A DNA stretch of 64,000 nt from a phage: the sequence record PZ445448.1. One strand, written 5' to 3'. The notes beneath the pieces are model-generated. The model saw nothing but the letters and a program-made list of their open reading frames with translations, did no database searches and was not told where the DNA came from. Of the stretch, positions 9,181 through 18,022 are shown one piece after another (the first letter of the stretch is position 1; every line of letters begins with the position of its first letter). Made by a program: the position numbers and the translations under genes.

Positions 9181-9228
9181 TTATTTTTAGATGGCCTTGA
9201 CGCCAGGGCCATCAATAAAGTAAACTAA
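9181..9228 (+). repeat. 45-bp palindromic element copy 1 (TTATTTTTAGATGGCCTTGAC.CCAGGGCCATCAATAAAGTAAAC)
   Basis: near-identical copies at 9800-9846 and 13511-13560; hairpin ATGGCC..GGCCAT overlapping TTGAC -35-like hexamer. Confidence 0.65.
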
Positions 9229-9257
9229 TCCCAGTTAAGCTAAAAGGAGGCTTGAAG

Positions 9258-9377
9258 ATGAGCACTACACGCCAGCACACAAAGGTAACTATTATCGTTT
9301 GCATCATTGGTTATATCCTGGCGCAAATGTTGATGGGTAGCGCCAACGGTGTCGCAAAATTTTTCTTAAACTTTTAA
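9258..9377 (+). CDS. small hydrophobic peptide (39 aa)
   Basis: AAAGGAGG SD 7 nt before ATG; single predicted TM helix; below ORF-track size cutoff. Confidence 0.45.
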   Translation: MSTTRQHTKVTIIVCIIGYILAQMLMGSANGVAKFFLNF

Positions 9378-9455
9378 TTGACAAGCTAACTTAGATCGGT
9401 ATACTAAACACATCAACGGGAAAACTTCCCAGAACACACAAAAGGAGAAAACACC

Positions 9456-9797
9456 ATGACCACTATGACCGCCGCAGAAAAAGCTATTCAGATCGCTGCC
9501 CTGAAAAAACAGATCGCAGACCTTGAGAATAAGATCGATAACTTTGAAATCGACGAGGACAAGTACGACGAAAACTATGATGAATGGTTAGACGAGATCT
9601 ACGGCGAAATTATGATCGGAAACATTTCTTTTCTTCCGTCGCGTATCCTCAAGGAGCTAGATCCTATCGCTTACCGCTGCGGATTTAGCGACTACATCGA
9701 CAGCCTGGATATTGAGGACGATGAAGAATACCAGGAATTACAGACAGAGTTGGAAGAAGCAAAAGAAGAGCTTGCGGAGCTGGAAGAAAACGAGTAA
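9456..9797 (+). CDS. hypothetical acidic coiled-coil protein
   Basis: AAAAGGAGAAAACACC-ATG; promoter and hairpin upstream. Confidence 0.55.
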   Translation: MTTMTAAEKAIQIAALKKQIADLENKIDNFEIDEDKYDENYDEWLDEIYGEIMIGNISFLPSRILKELDPIAYRCGFSDYIDSLDIEDDEEYQELQTELEEAKEELAELEENE

Positions 9798-9799
9798 GA

Positions 9800-9846
9800 T
9801 TATTTTTAGATGGCCTTGACTCCAGGGCCATCAATAAAGTAAACTT
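9800..9846 (+). repeat. 45-bp palindromic element copy 2
   Basis: sequence identity with 9181-9228. Confidence 0.65.
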
Positions 9847-9886
9847 TATACTGTTAACACTGAACTAATGCATAGGAGTTAAAACC

Positions 9887-10132
9887 ATGGCAGCACTAAT
9901 CACTAAATATTACGCCCCTACCAACACCAAAAGCGCCCGTATCATGGTAAAAGGCTTCGGACGTAAAAAGGTTTACACCTGGGATTATGCCTTAGACACG
10001 GAAGACAACTACACCAACGCGATGACAGATTTTATTAATGAGCTGAACACGCGGATCTTGACAAATTATAAAATTACCGATATTGCCTATATAGGGGAAG
10101 GCGGGATCTGTTTTGTCGGTATCGTCAAATAA
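9887..10132 (+). CDS. hypothetical protein
   Basis: AGGAGTTAAAACC-ATG. Confidence 0.55.
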   Translation: MAALITKYYAPTNTKSARIMVKGFGRKKVYTWDYALDTEDNYTNAMTDFINELNTRILTNYKITDIAYIGEGGICFVGIVK

Positions 10133-10208
10133 ACTGTTTTTTCGGTGGTCCTGGTAGCAGGGCCATCTATAAAGATAGTTTATCAATACAATGAAAGGAG
10201 AAAGTAAC

Positions 10209-10562
10209 ATGATCAGTGGGGCAAGTTTTATCATTGGCGCTATTGCTACGGCTTTAATTGTAAATAAGATCCAGGATAAAAAGGAAAGAGGAAGTACCGC
10301 CCTTGCAGAATATCCATTTTGGGCATTCAACGATAACGAAGATTATATTATAAAGTATAAAAATAAAGAAGGTGACCAAGTAACACCACGACCGATCCCG
10401 GCTTACAAAATGCAGGAAACACTATACCGCCTGGAGGCGGGTGGCGCAAAAATTGTAGACTTTTGGGGATACGACCACACAGATCAGGAAGTTATAAAGC
10501 GCCGTATCCGGGCTATTCAGGCCAATATTGAAGTTAGCAAGGGGGGAATATATGAAAATTAA
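10209..10562 (+). CDS. hypothetical membrane protein (start at MISGASF)
   Basis: AAAGGAGAAAGTAAC-ATG; N-terminal TM helix. Confidence 0.5.
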   Translation: MISGASFIIGAIATALIVNKIQDKKERGSTALAEYPFWAFNDNEDYIIKYKNKEGDQVTPRPIPAYKMQETLYRLEAGGAKIVDFWGYDHTDQEVIKRRIRAIQANIEVSKGGIYEN

Positions 10563-10749
10563 TTTCGAGAAAATTGTAAAGCGCCCTCATGATTCCGAAG
10601 AGCTGCCAGAACGCCGCCAGCGTAACAATAAACTGAATAAGCCAAAAAGGTTTGGGAAGATCTGGCGGAATCATTATGATCGTAAATTGCCGGGCCTACT
10701 TTTGGAACGTGAACGACAAGCGGAACGATACCGCCACAAAGACAAATAG
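10552..10749 (+). CDS. hypothetical small basic protein
   Basis: GGGGGAATAT-ATG; overlaps upstream stop. Confidence 0.45.
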   Translation: MKINFEKIVKRPHDSEELPERRQRNNKLNKPKRFGKIWRNHYDRKLPGLLLERERQAERYRHKDK

Positions 10750-10756
10750 CAACCAA

Positions 10757-10786
10757 CGCCCCGCCATTGTGCGGGGCTTTTTATTT
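10757..10786 (+). terminator. intrinsic terminator
   Basis: GCCCCGCCATTGTGCGGGGC followed by TTTTTATTT. Confidence 0.65.
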
Positions 10787-10966
10787 CTATCCTACGAATA
10801 GCGCCCCTGGTTGGCCCTGTAAGCGCCAAAAAGGCCCCCACCTATGCAATCGCCCCTTTAACCTGAAAACATCGCCCAGGGCCGTTTTATGGCGTTAAAA
10901 ATATCATTGACATCGTCAACAGGTTAGCTATACTAACCACATCAAAGAGAGAAAGGAGTAAACGCC

Positions 10967-11227
10967 ATGCGTAAATTAAAAAATTTTGATAAAGTTGATG
11001 TTATCCTGAATAATTTTTACTACTGCAACAACAAGGCTATTTGGTGGCGTGATAGTTCCACCGATAAAGTCAAAGCGCGCTTTCTTCAGGGGCACTGGCA
11101 AGGCCGCCCAGTGATTAAAATCATGGGGCAATTGGTAGCGTTTAAAAATTGCCGCCGTGTTGATGACGTTGAGGAGATTTTAAACATTTTGCGCCACAAT
11201 AATTTAAAAAATAGTGTTGACAAGTAA
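10967..11227 (+). CDS. hypothetical protein
   Basis: TTGACA..TATACT promoter; AAGGAGTAAACGCC-ATG. Confidence 0.55.
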   Translation: MRKLKNFDKVDVILNNFYYCNNKAIWWRDSSTDKVKARFLQGHWQGRPVIKIMGQLVAFKNCRRVDDVEEILNILRHNNLKNSVDK

Positions 11228-11244
11228 ATCTCAATAAGTATAAT
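11217..11244 (+). promoter_or_regulatory. sigma70 promoter TTGACA-N16-TATAAT
   Basis: consensus hexamers. Confidence 0.55.
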
Positions 11245-11301
11245 TAAACACACAGGCGGGAAAACTTCCCGCCACTAACAAAGAAAACAGGAGAAAATAT
11301 C

Positions 11302-11925
11302 ATGACCACCGTTAACATTACCACAGGTTACAATTTAGCTTTCGACGTGCTGACCGACGAACAAAAAGAAAAAGCCGTTGAAATGGTCCGCGAAAGAGAA
11401 GAACACAGCGGGGATAACTTTTTTGCAGAAAGTGTAATTGAAGACTATAAAGAATATATCTTTCCAGAGTATGGCCTTGAAGATACCGAAGTACATTGGT
11501 CCGGCTTTTGGTGCCAGGGCGACGGCGCATCAATCAGTGCGGAAAACGTGGATTTAGAAAAATTCTTGCGTAAAGTCAAGTCTCTGACTAAATTCCGCTC
11601 AATTCGTCACTTGTTCGGCACAATGCACGATGGCGAGCTATCCGCAAGTGTTGAGCGCGATCCATATAGCCGTTATAGTCACGAAAACACTGTAAGCGGG
11701 TACATCGATACTACATGGCTAGACCTGACCGCCAAACAAGAAAACAAAGTGGAAGACCTGGAAGAACTGATCACCGAGACGGTACGGGAGCTATCCCGCA
11801 AGGTTTACGTAGACCTGGAGGAGGCCTATCTAGAACAGTTCACCGCAGAAAACCTGATCGGCCTTATCGAGGCCAATGATTGGCGGTTTGATGTCGATGA
11901 ATATGGTGAGATGACTTTTTCATAA
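11302..11925 (+). CDS. hypothetical protein
   Basis: hairpin GGCGGGAAAACTTCCCGCC then AACAGGAGAAAATATC-ATG. Confidence 0.55.
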   Translation: MTTVNITTGYNLAFDVLTDEQKEKAVEMVREREEHSGDNFFAESVIEDYKEYIFPEYGLEDTEVHWSGFWCQGDGASISAENVDLEKFLRKVKSLTKFRSIRHLFGTMHDGELSASVERDPYSRYSHENTVSGYIDTTWLDLTAKQENKVEDLEELITETVRELSRKVYVDLEEAYLEQFTAENLIGLIEANDWRFDVDEYGEMTFS

Positions 11926-12015
11926 ATAAAGTGTTGCAATAACCTAAAAACCTGCTATATTAAAACTCAAGGGGGCAAGACGTTTGCCCCCACACAAAAC
12001 AAAGAGGAAAACATC

Positions 12016-12396
12016 ATGAAAAACACTACTAAAGCTATTGACACTGTTATGTTTAACCTGGTTACATTCCGTGAAGATATGAAAGATCTTCCACGTGAAA
12101 CAGTGTGCGATCACATTGAAAACTATCGCAAACTAATCAAAGAGTTGCCTTTAAAACGTGACCAGTATGCGGCTAACGCTATGCTTAACGCCATGATCAA
12201 AAAGATGATTCAGTGTGATTTAACTCTGGCCTATGATTATGCAGGTGGTCGTTTTGCAGTATACAATCAGCCCGTGCCTGGTATGAGCACCACCGAAGAA
12301 TTGCACGCGTTAAATCTGAAACAAGATGTATGGGATAACATGCCCCGCGTGGTGGTGTGGGCAGAAAGCGGAAAGATTTACGGCGATAATTTTTAA
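12016..12396 (+). CDS. hypothetical protein
   Basis: hairpin GGGGGCAAGACGTTTGCCCCC then AAGAGGAAAACATC-ATG. Confidence 0.55.
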   Translation: MKNTTKAIDTVMFNLVTFREDMKDLPRETVCDHIENYRKLIKELPLKRDQYAANAMLNAMIKKMIQCDLTLAYDYAGGRFAVYNQPVPGMSTTEELHALNLKQDVWDNMPRVVVWAESGKIYGDNF

Positions 12397-12460
12397 TCAG
12401 GTAACAGGCGGCATATTTGCCGCCTTATTGTTAAACAGAACTGCAAAAGAGGTACATAGA

Positions 12461-12832
12461 ATGGAATTTATTATTTTGGCTGTAGTAGTTGCCTTGTTCA
12501 ACGCCTGGATCGCTGGCAAGATAGGTAGATCCGCTTTTCTATGGTTTGTTATATCTATTTTCCTGGGAGTGGTTGCAACTATTGTATTGGTTATCCTTGC
12601 AATTGTTGACAAGGGCGATAATAGAAAGGGTAAAGTGTTTTCCGACCTGTATGACGCACAAACGTTTGTCAACGCCTATTATAGTGATCTTCCAGTCTCC
12701 CTACGCTGCAGCCTGGCACAACAGGTTTTTGATGAGGCTAAAACCAGAGACCAAGCCCATGAGATATGTTTAACTGAAGCGGATCGCCTATTTGAGAGGA
12801 ATAGAAAATATGTGGACCAGCCGTTTAAATAA
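12461..12832 (+). CDS. hypothetical membrane protein (start at MEFIILAV)
   Basis: terminator hairpin then AAGAGGTACATAGA-ATG; two hydrophobic segments. Confidence 0.5.
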   Translation: MEFIILAVVVALFNAWIAGKIGRSAFLWFVISIFLGVVATIVLVILAIVDKGDNRKGKVFSDLYDAQTFVNAYYSDLPVSLRCSLAQQVFDEAKTRDQAHEICLTEADRLFERNRKYVDQPFK

Positions 12833-12942
12833 CGCCACGTTAATTAATCCCTTTAGTGAAGATTTGAAGCCAGCCGCCTGGCGTGACGGATTCAATAACG
12901 AACGCTTTATTTTCAGGCCTGATCTTGAGGAATTTTATAACA

Positions 12943-13068
12943 ATGGATCGAACAACAGCGGAGATAATTTTTCTTGTGGTGTGCGTGGTGATAGGACTCC
13001 TGGGGGCCATTGTAAACCACGTCACTACTAACAGGAGGGAAGGGGGAGACGATGACAACCAAGGATAA
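12943..13068 (+). CDS. possible small TM peptide
   Basis: hydrophobic 41-aa ORF; competing overlapping ORF 12810-13031 in another frame. Confidence 0.25.
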   Translation: MDRTTAEIIFLVVCVVIGLLGAIVNHVTTNRREGGDDDNQG

Positions 13069-13170
13069 GCCATGCGCTGATAAGGTGCGCCGTGTTATGG
13101 TATGGCTTGAGATTATCGCCCTTGAAATATTGTTAGGCGTAGGGATGTACTTTATCGCTGTAAGTAACTA
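13052..13170 (+). CDS. small hydrophobic peptide (39 aa)
   Basis: GGGGGAG SD then ATG; followed by terminator. Confidence 0.4.
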
Positions 13171-13173
13171 AGA

Positions 13174-13203
13174 GCGGCCCCCGATCATGGGGGCCTATCT
13201 TTT
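13174..13203 (+). terminator. intrinsic terminator
   Basis: GGCCCCCGATCATGGGGGCC followed by TATCTTTT. Confidence 0.6.
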
Positions 13204-13309
13204 AAAAAATTTTTCTTCCGGGGTGTTGCAATCCGGTCCGGAATGTGGATAATAACAATCAACGGGGAGCTAATCCCCACCACCACAAAAACCAGAAAGG
13301 AGAAACAAA

Positions 13310-13510
13310 ATGAGCAACAATATCCGCGTTATTAACTTCAAAAAAGAAGAAAAAATTGCCGTGCTGATTGACGGTCAAGAAATCTTCAAGGGCGACTATG
13401 AAGATCATCAAACGGCGATTAGTATCACTCGCGTGATTGGTTATCATAATTTCTACCCCCAAGGCGCTGAGGCAGCAGTTAAACGAATCAAAGAGATTGT
13501 AGGCCTGTAA
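13310..13510 (+). CDS. hypothetical small protein
   Basis: hairpin GGGGAGCTAATCCCC then AAAGGAGAAACAAA-ATG. Confidence 0.55.
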   Translation: MSNNIRVINFKKEEKIAVLIDGQEIFKGDYEDHQTAISITRVIGYHNFYPQGAEAAVKRIKEIVGL

Positions 13511-13560
13511 AATTTATTTTTAGATGGCCTTGACTTCAGGGCCATCGATAAAGTAAATTT
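13511..13560 (+). repeat. 45-bp palindromic element copy 3
   Basis: sequence identity with 9181-9228. Confidence 0.65.
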
Positions 13561-13603
13561 AAACCCTGTTAAAATACCACGCAGTTAACAAGGAGTGATA
13601 GAC

Positions 13604-13903
13604 ATGTTTATCCAGGCTAATAATCTTTATTTCTTTGATGGTCAGATCGTAGATGGTGTGGAAGTGGAGATCACCGGGTGCCCTGGCGGTCAGGCTATGA
13701 CTTTTCGGAATAATGCCTTTGATGATTCTCATATCGTTATGAGAATGGAAGTTACGAAGCTGGACGACAAGAAAACACTTATTGACTATTCTGTGAAAGA
13801 TCATCCAGACTACCGCATGATCCATGGTGATTTGTGCATTGTTGACCGTGACAAGGTGGGCGGCATTGTGATCGCTATTGTGAACGATGTTTTCTCAAAC
13901 TAA
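13604..13903 (+). CDS. hypothetical protein (start at MFIQANN)
   Basis: AAGGAGTGATAGAC-ATG. Confidence 0.5.
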   Translation: MFIQANNLYFFDGQIVDGVEVEITGCPGGQAMTFRNNAFDDSHIVMRMEVTKLDDKKTLIDYSVKDHPDYRMIHGDLCIVDRDKVGGIVIAIVNDVFSN

Positions 13904-13920
13904 TTTCAGCAGGCGATTTT

Positions 13921-14271
13921 ATGAAAGTCAAACTATATTACCTTAATGAGCTTAACCCCCTTGCCCAGGTCCGCGCCCTAGCTAATACCTTGATTTGTGA
14001 GAAATCTGTATATTGTGTTGAGCTTAACGCCATGCGTGAACGTCTCAAAGGTGGTTACTTTGACATCCATGCTGCAATCAACGGCCTGAATATGGAATTT
14101 ATACGCTTACGTAACAGCCGCCGGAATCTGGCAAGAATGGAACAAGATCCGGCCCACCTTCGTAAGCTGGTTATTGAAAATCATCTGATGTTTAATGCCG
14201 AGGGTGATTATTACCATTTTCACCGCAAACGCTGGTACCGTGGCGGCAATACAGGCAAGAATGCAAAATAA
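13921..14271 (+). CDS. hypothetical protein
   Basis: ORF in array. Confidence 0.5.
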   Translation: MKVKLYYLNELNPLAQVRALANTLICEKSVYCVELNAMRERLKGGYFDIHAAINGLNMEFIRLRNSRRNLARMEQDPAHLRKLVIENHLMFNAEGDYYHFHRKRWYRGGNTGKNAK

Positions 14272-14308
14272 GGCCCCTAGCAGGGCCTGCAGCAATATAA
14301 TCACATAA

Positions 14309-14340
14309 AGGCCATGCGGTTGCATGGCCTTTATTATTTT
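14309..14340 (+). terminator. intrinsic terminator
   Basis: AGGCCATGCGGTTGCATGGCCT followed by TTATTATTTT. Confidence 0.65.
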
Positions 14341-14473
14341 GGCGTTACAACGGCATACGGGGCGCTTAAAAAATTTTTAAAGAAGTACTTGCATCATTCC
14401 CGACAATATGGATAATAAGAGTTGTCGAGGGGGAGGCCCCCAATCGTTGACCAGATAGATAGGAGTTAAAATC

Positions 14474-14758
14474 ATGGCTATTGTTACCGCTGGCGATGTA
14501 GTAGAAATGGAAGCAAAATACTTAAAAGCGGGTATGCACATCCTACGGAATGATCAAGAGTTATTATTAACGATGGTTGACTATAATCACGGCCAGGATT
14601 ATCCAAGCATCGACTACTTTTTTGAGTATGTTGATGAAGAGTTGAAAGAGGATGAGGCCTATTGCGGTGAGTTCTGCAACTTCTTTTGTCCTGATGAGGT
14701 TGTAAAGGTTATTTATCAACCTGGCGTAGCTTTCCCGCTGCACGCTATCAATAAATAA
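14474..14758 (+). CDS. hypothetical acidic protein
   Basis: hairpin GGGGGAGGCCCCC then AGGAGTTAAAATC-ATG. Confidence 0.55.
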   Translation: MAIVTAGDVVEMEAKYLKAGMHILRNDQELLLTMVDYNHGQDYPSIDYFFEYVDEELKEDEAYCGEFCNFFCPDEVVKVIYQPGVAFPLHAINK

Positions 14759-14813
14759 ACCTGGCGGGGCCGAAAAGGCCCCCAATTATGAAAATAAAGA
14801 GAGGCAAATCATC

Positions 14814-15047
14814 ATGATGGAACAAATTAAACGCGCCGAGGCTATTAATGGCAACGTGATCTATTTTGTCAGCAAAAACGAAAAAGGCGTACCATATGCG
14901 GCAGTAATAGTACAACCTGACGGCGATTATTGGTTTACTGTGTACGGCGCTTATTCTTTTGGGCGTCCAGTGCATGATAAAATTTTGAAAGTAGCGAACC
15001 CTACCGGGAAGAATATCACAGCAGAAAAATTTTTTGAAAATAGTTGA
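14814..15047 (+). CDS. hypothetical protein
   Basis: AAGAGAGGCAAATCATC-ATG. Confidence 0.5.
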   Translation: MMEQIKRAEAINGNVIYFVSKNEKGVPYAAVIVQPDGDYWFTVYGAYSFGRPVHDKILKVANPTGKNITAEKFFENS

Positions 15048-15122
15048 CATGACCATATAAGACTGTAATATATAAATCAAAGGGGGCAACTAACCCCACC
15101 AACTACAAAGAGGATAAAAATC

Positions 15123-15302
15123 ATGGCTATTATTGCAAAGACTGAGATCGTAGGCTTAGATTCTATTCTCCTCGCATATGAGGAAGCTATAGAAATGTAT
15201 GTGGTTTCCTATGGTGAGTATATCCGTGAATATAAATCTATTGATCTGGCTTTTGAATGTTATATCCGCCAGGTTAATAAAGCGTACGATGATTATCGTT
15301 AA
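15123..15302 (+). CDS. hypothetical small protein (59 aa)
   Basis: promoter, hairpin GGGGGCAACTAACCCC, AAGAGGATAAAAATC-ATG; below ORF-track size cutoff. Confidence 0.5.
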   Translation: MAIIAKTEIVGLDSILLAYEEAIEMYVVSYGEYIREYKSIDLAFECYIRQVNKAYDDYR

Positions 15303-15389
15303 AATAGTTTGACAACAGCCATCTTACAAAGCATAATACATAAGGCGGTGGAATGGTCCGCCACCTGGAACAAAGAAGAGGTAAACACC

Positions 15390-15635
15390 ATGAAAAGCAA
15401 TAAAGGTTATAACGGTTACAAAAACAAAACTCATTGGAATGTAAGCCTTTGGATTAATAACGATGAGTCATTGTACCGGTTGGCCCAAGGCTTTATTAAC
15501 GCCAATGCTAATCGTAATGATGCGGCGCGGGATATGATGCTTTTTCTGGAGCTAACCGGACAAGATAAGACCCCGGACGGCTTCAAGTACAGCACTACGG
15601 CGATCCGTGCCGCGATGGTTGGAATGAAACACTAA
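15390..15635 (+). CDS. hypothetical protein (start at MKSNKGY)
   Basis: promoter, hairpin GGCGGTGGAATGGTCCGCC, AAGAGGTAAACACC-ATG. Confidence 0.55.
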   Translation: MKSNKGYNGYKNKTHWNVSLWINNDESLYRLAQGFINANANRNDAARDMMLFLELTGQDKTPDGFKYSTTAIRAAMVGMKH

Positions 15636-15712
15636 AAGCACATAGCTGCCTTACCCTGGGGCTGTGGTAGCGGCCCCATGAATAAGGTTACTAACAGAAG
15701 AGAATAAACACC

Positions 15713-15817
15713 ATGAAACAGAAATTAATCGATGCAGTGATCTTGGTTATTGCCCTGGGTATTGGCCTGATTGCAACCATGTCTAATATGATCTTGTCTT
15801 CCAACGGTATCGGGTGA
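15713..15817 (+). CDS. small hydrophobic peptide (34 aa)
   Basis: AGAGAATAAACACC-ATG; single TM helix. Confidence 0.4.
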   Translation: MKQKLIDAVILVIALGIGLIATMSNMILSSNGIG

Positions 15818-15826
15818 GGTTGGCAA

Positions 15827-16042
15827 ATGATCACTAACAAAACAGGCAAAACGGAATTTTTACGCAACTTACAGATCGGCAAGCCTGAGATCTGGTACTG
15901 CACTAAAACACCACGTGACGAAATGAAAGACTTCACCGCCACGCTGCAACGGGTAAAGATATCTATCACGCAGAAAAAGGCCTTACTAGTGGTGGAAGGG
16001 GAGATCCCCCAAACCGTTGTTATAGTTGAGCGTACAGCATAG
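15827..16042 (+). CDS. hypothetical protein
   Basis: GGTGAGGTTGGCAA-ATG. Confidence 0.45.
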   Translation: MITNKTGKTEFLRNLQIGKPEIWYCTKTPRDEMKDFTATLQRVKISITQKKALLVVEGEIPQTVVIVERTA

Positions 16043-16133
16043 TTTAATTTATACAGATACCTGAAAATTAACCAACAAAGCATAAACAGGCGGTTACCGC
16101 CGCCTTAAACGTAGCAGAAAGAGGATAGACACA

Positions 16134-16418
16134 ATGAAAAAGATGATCGCAGTGGTTACCCTGGTTGTTGGACTTAATGCGCCTGTAATGGCTAAAGAGC
16201 TGGCAAAAGAGGTTAATCTAACGGATATTCATGCCGTCAATCAAATCGGGGTTACTTATCGCTTATGCCTTGCCGCTAAAACTTTTAAGGACGGCACAAC
16301 AGAGTACTACGGATTCGAGGGTATCCGGTGCGGTGAGCTTGCTCGCGACCTTAAGGAAGATCCAGACCTGGAGGATCTGCCCATAACCGTGAACGGAAAA
16401 ACTTACGTGAACCGTTAA
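16134..16418 (+). CDS. hypothetical secreted protein with signal peptide
   Basis: hairpin GGCGGTTACCGCCGCC, AGAAAGAGGATAGACACA-ATG; N-terminus MKKMIAVVTLVVGLNAPVMA. Confidence 0.55.
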   Translation: MKKMIAVVTLVVGLNAPVMAKELAKEVNLTDIHAVNQIGVTYRLCLAAKTFKDGTTEYYGFEGIRCGELARDLKEDPDLEDLPITVNGKTYVNR

Positions 16419-16420
16419 CC

Positions 16421-16555
16421 ATGAGAAAGATAATTATTACCATGGGGATCGTGGCGGCAATGTTGGCGATCTTTCCCTTTATGGTTAGGTATGTGCTGAT
16501 TAATGTTGTCCTGGTAGTCAGCGATCTGGTGTTATATATTAACTCATTGTTTTAG
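16421..16555 (+). CDS. small hydrophobic peptide (44 aa)
   Basis: ATG 2 nt after upstream stop; strongly hydrophobic. Confidence 0.35.
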   Translation: MRKIIITMGIVAAMLAIFPFMVRYVLINVVLVVSDLVLYINSLF

Positions 16556-16563
16556 GCGCGATA

Positions 16564-16755
16564 ATGACAGCGGAAGAAGTTAAAAAAGTACTGGCGGTAC
16601 TGCGTTATCATAATCATTGCAAGGTGAAGAATGATCCTGATTATCTTGATTCATCCCTTGAAGAGGATACACTACAAGCCATAAGCAACATGCAAGAATT
16701 GCTTAAGCGTATGACAGAGAAAAACCGACCGGACTACATAGGGGGTAAAATATGA
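16564..16755 (+). CDS. hypothetical protein
   Basis: ORF in array. Confidence 0.45.
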   Translation: MTAEEVKKVLAVLRYHNHCKVKNDPDYLDSSLEEDTLQAISNMQELLKRMTEKNRPDYIGGKI

Positions 16756-17063
16756 TCGCTATTACGCCAACCGTTTTAGATTGGTATCGGCAACGCATAG
16801 CGCCTCCGCTGGCTATCTTCAAAGATGCGGAAGCAAAACAACGCCGGATCTCAATACATGAGATCATCAACCTTAACGCTGGAGGCACACCATACCGCCC
16901 AGGACCTGGCCGTGAGATGGACAATACATTGGCGATCCTGAAGATACGCCGTAAACGGTCCTCCCTTACGCTGGATTCATTACACACAATGCAGTCCCCG
17001 TTCCAGGTGACTGGGAAACGGATCGCCAGGTCCTGGACAAAGGCCAATGACCGGACCGTATAA
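16752..17063 (+). CDS. hypothetical protein
   Basis: ATGA overlap with upstream gene. Confidence 0.45.
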   Translation: MIAITPTVLDWYRQRIAPPLAIFKDAEAKQRRISIHEIINLNAGGTPYRPGPGREMDNTLAILKIRRKRSSLTLDSLHTMQSPFQVTGKRIARSWTKANDRTV

Positions 17064-17148
17064 ATAAAAAGTGTTTTGGTACTGATTTTGGGGTTGACTT
17101 GTTCGGCCCCTTTTGCTATTCTTATTAAACGGGCGGCACTTGGGAACA

Positions 17149-17173
17149 GGGGGAGACAATCACCAGGCCTGCC
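17149..17173 (-). repeat. inverted copy of the 25-bp core at 7525-7549
   Basis: reverse complement GGCAGGCCTGGTGATTGTCTCCCCC. Confidence 0.6.
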
Positions 17174-17281
17174 TGTCATATAAGAACTATAAAAACCGTT
17201 GACATCTGCCAGGGGGTGGGGTAACATTTATCTTGAAGGGGCAAAGGTGCCCACACAACAACCAGAAGAGAGGAAAACACT

Positions 17282-17554
17282 ATGTCAAGCTGGATTAATC
17301 AAGAAGTCGAATCACGTTTTAATGCTATTTGGGATCTCATCGAAAAAGAAGACGGCACATCAAGCCCCTACCTCAACAATTTGGAATTCCATTTTGTGGA
17401 AGCGATGAACGCAGAACATGATCACGAAGGTGGTGCGGACGAGTTCGCTAAAGGGTATGGCTTCAACAATGCCAACGAAATGATCGAGGCGGTTGTACTC
17501 CAGGCTGAGGAAGATTATCAATTAAAAACGCTTGAATTCTGCCGCCGTAAGTAA
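17282..17554 (+). CDS. hypothetical acidic protein
   Basis: TTGACA promoter, hairpin, AGAGAGGAAAACACT-ATG. Confidence 0.55.
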   Translation: MSSWINQEVESRFNAIWDLIEKEDGTSSPYLNNLEFHFVEAMNAEHDHEGGADEFAKGYGFNNANEMIEAVVLQAEEDYQLKTLEFCRRK

Positions 17555-17614
17555 TAAGATAATGACACGGGCCGGGAGGCCCACTAATCAGAACCACACA
17601 AAGAGGTAAACATC

Positions 17615-17878
17615 ATGAAACGTCTTGATCAGCTTAAACTAGTTCAGTACATGGCCTACAAAGTTCTTGAAGTCCAAAAAGGTAGCAAAAAAGAGGTTTG
17701 CGAGAAAGCATATAAGATCTTTACCCGTAAAAAAGATGATTGGATGTTACGCCAGACCAAAAAAGCCGATATCCTGGGATACCTGGAAGAAGAGATCCGA
17801 CTTGAAGAACAAGAAGAGATCCGCCGTAGTGAGGCAGATTATCAGGCAGCTTGGGAAAACTGGATGAGCAACAAATAA
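17615..17878 (+). CDS. hypothetical protein
   Basis: hairpin GGGCCGGGAGGCCC then AAAGAGGTAAACATC-ATG. Confidence 0.55.
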   Translation: MKRLDQLKLVQYMAYKVLEVQKGSKKEVCEKAYKIFTRKKDDWMLRQTKKADILGYLEEEIRLEEQEEIRRSEADYQAAWENWMSNK

Positions 17879-18022
17879 TACAACAAGTTACATGGTCAGG
17901 GGCAATAAAGCCCCTTGATCACATAAAAATTATGCTATCCCTGGTTGACAGGGATCGGCAGTTTTGCTATATTCTTTTTTGAAGGGAAGTTGTAAGAAAA
18001 TTAACTAAGAGGTAAAAACACC

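Noticed and set aside
12810-13031. Alternative ORF (MWTSRLNN...) overlapping the end of 12461-12832
   Set aside because: It competes with an overlapping hydrophobic ORF in another frame; neither can be chosen from sequence alone, and only the lower-overlap candidate is listed, at low confidence.
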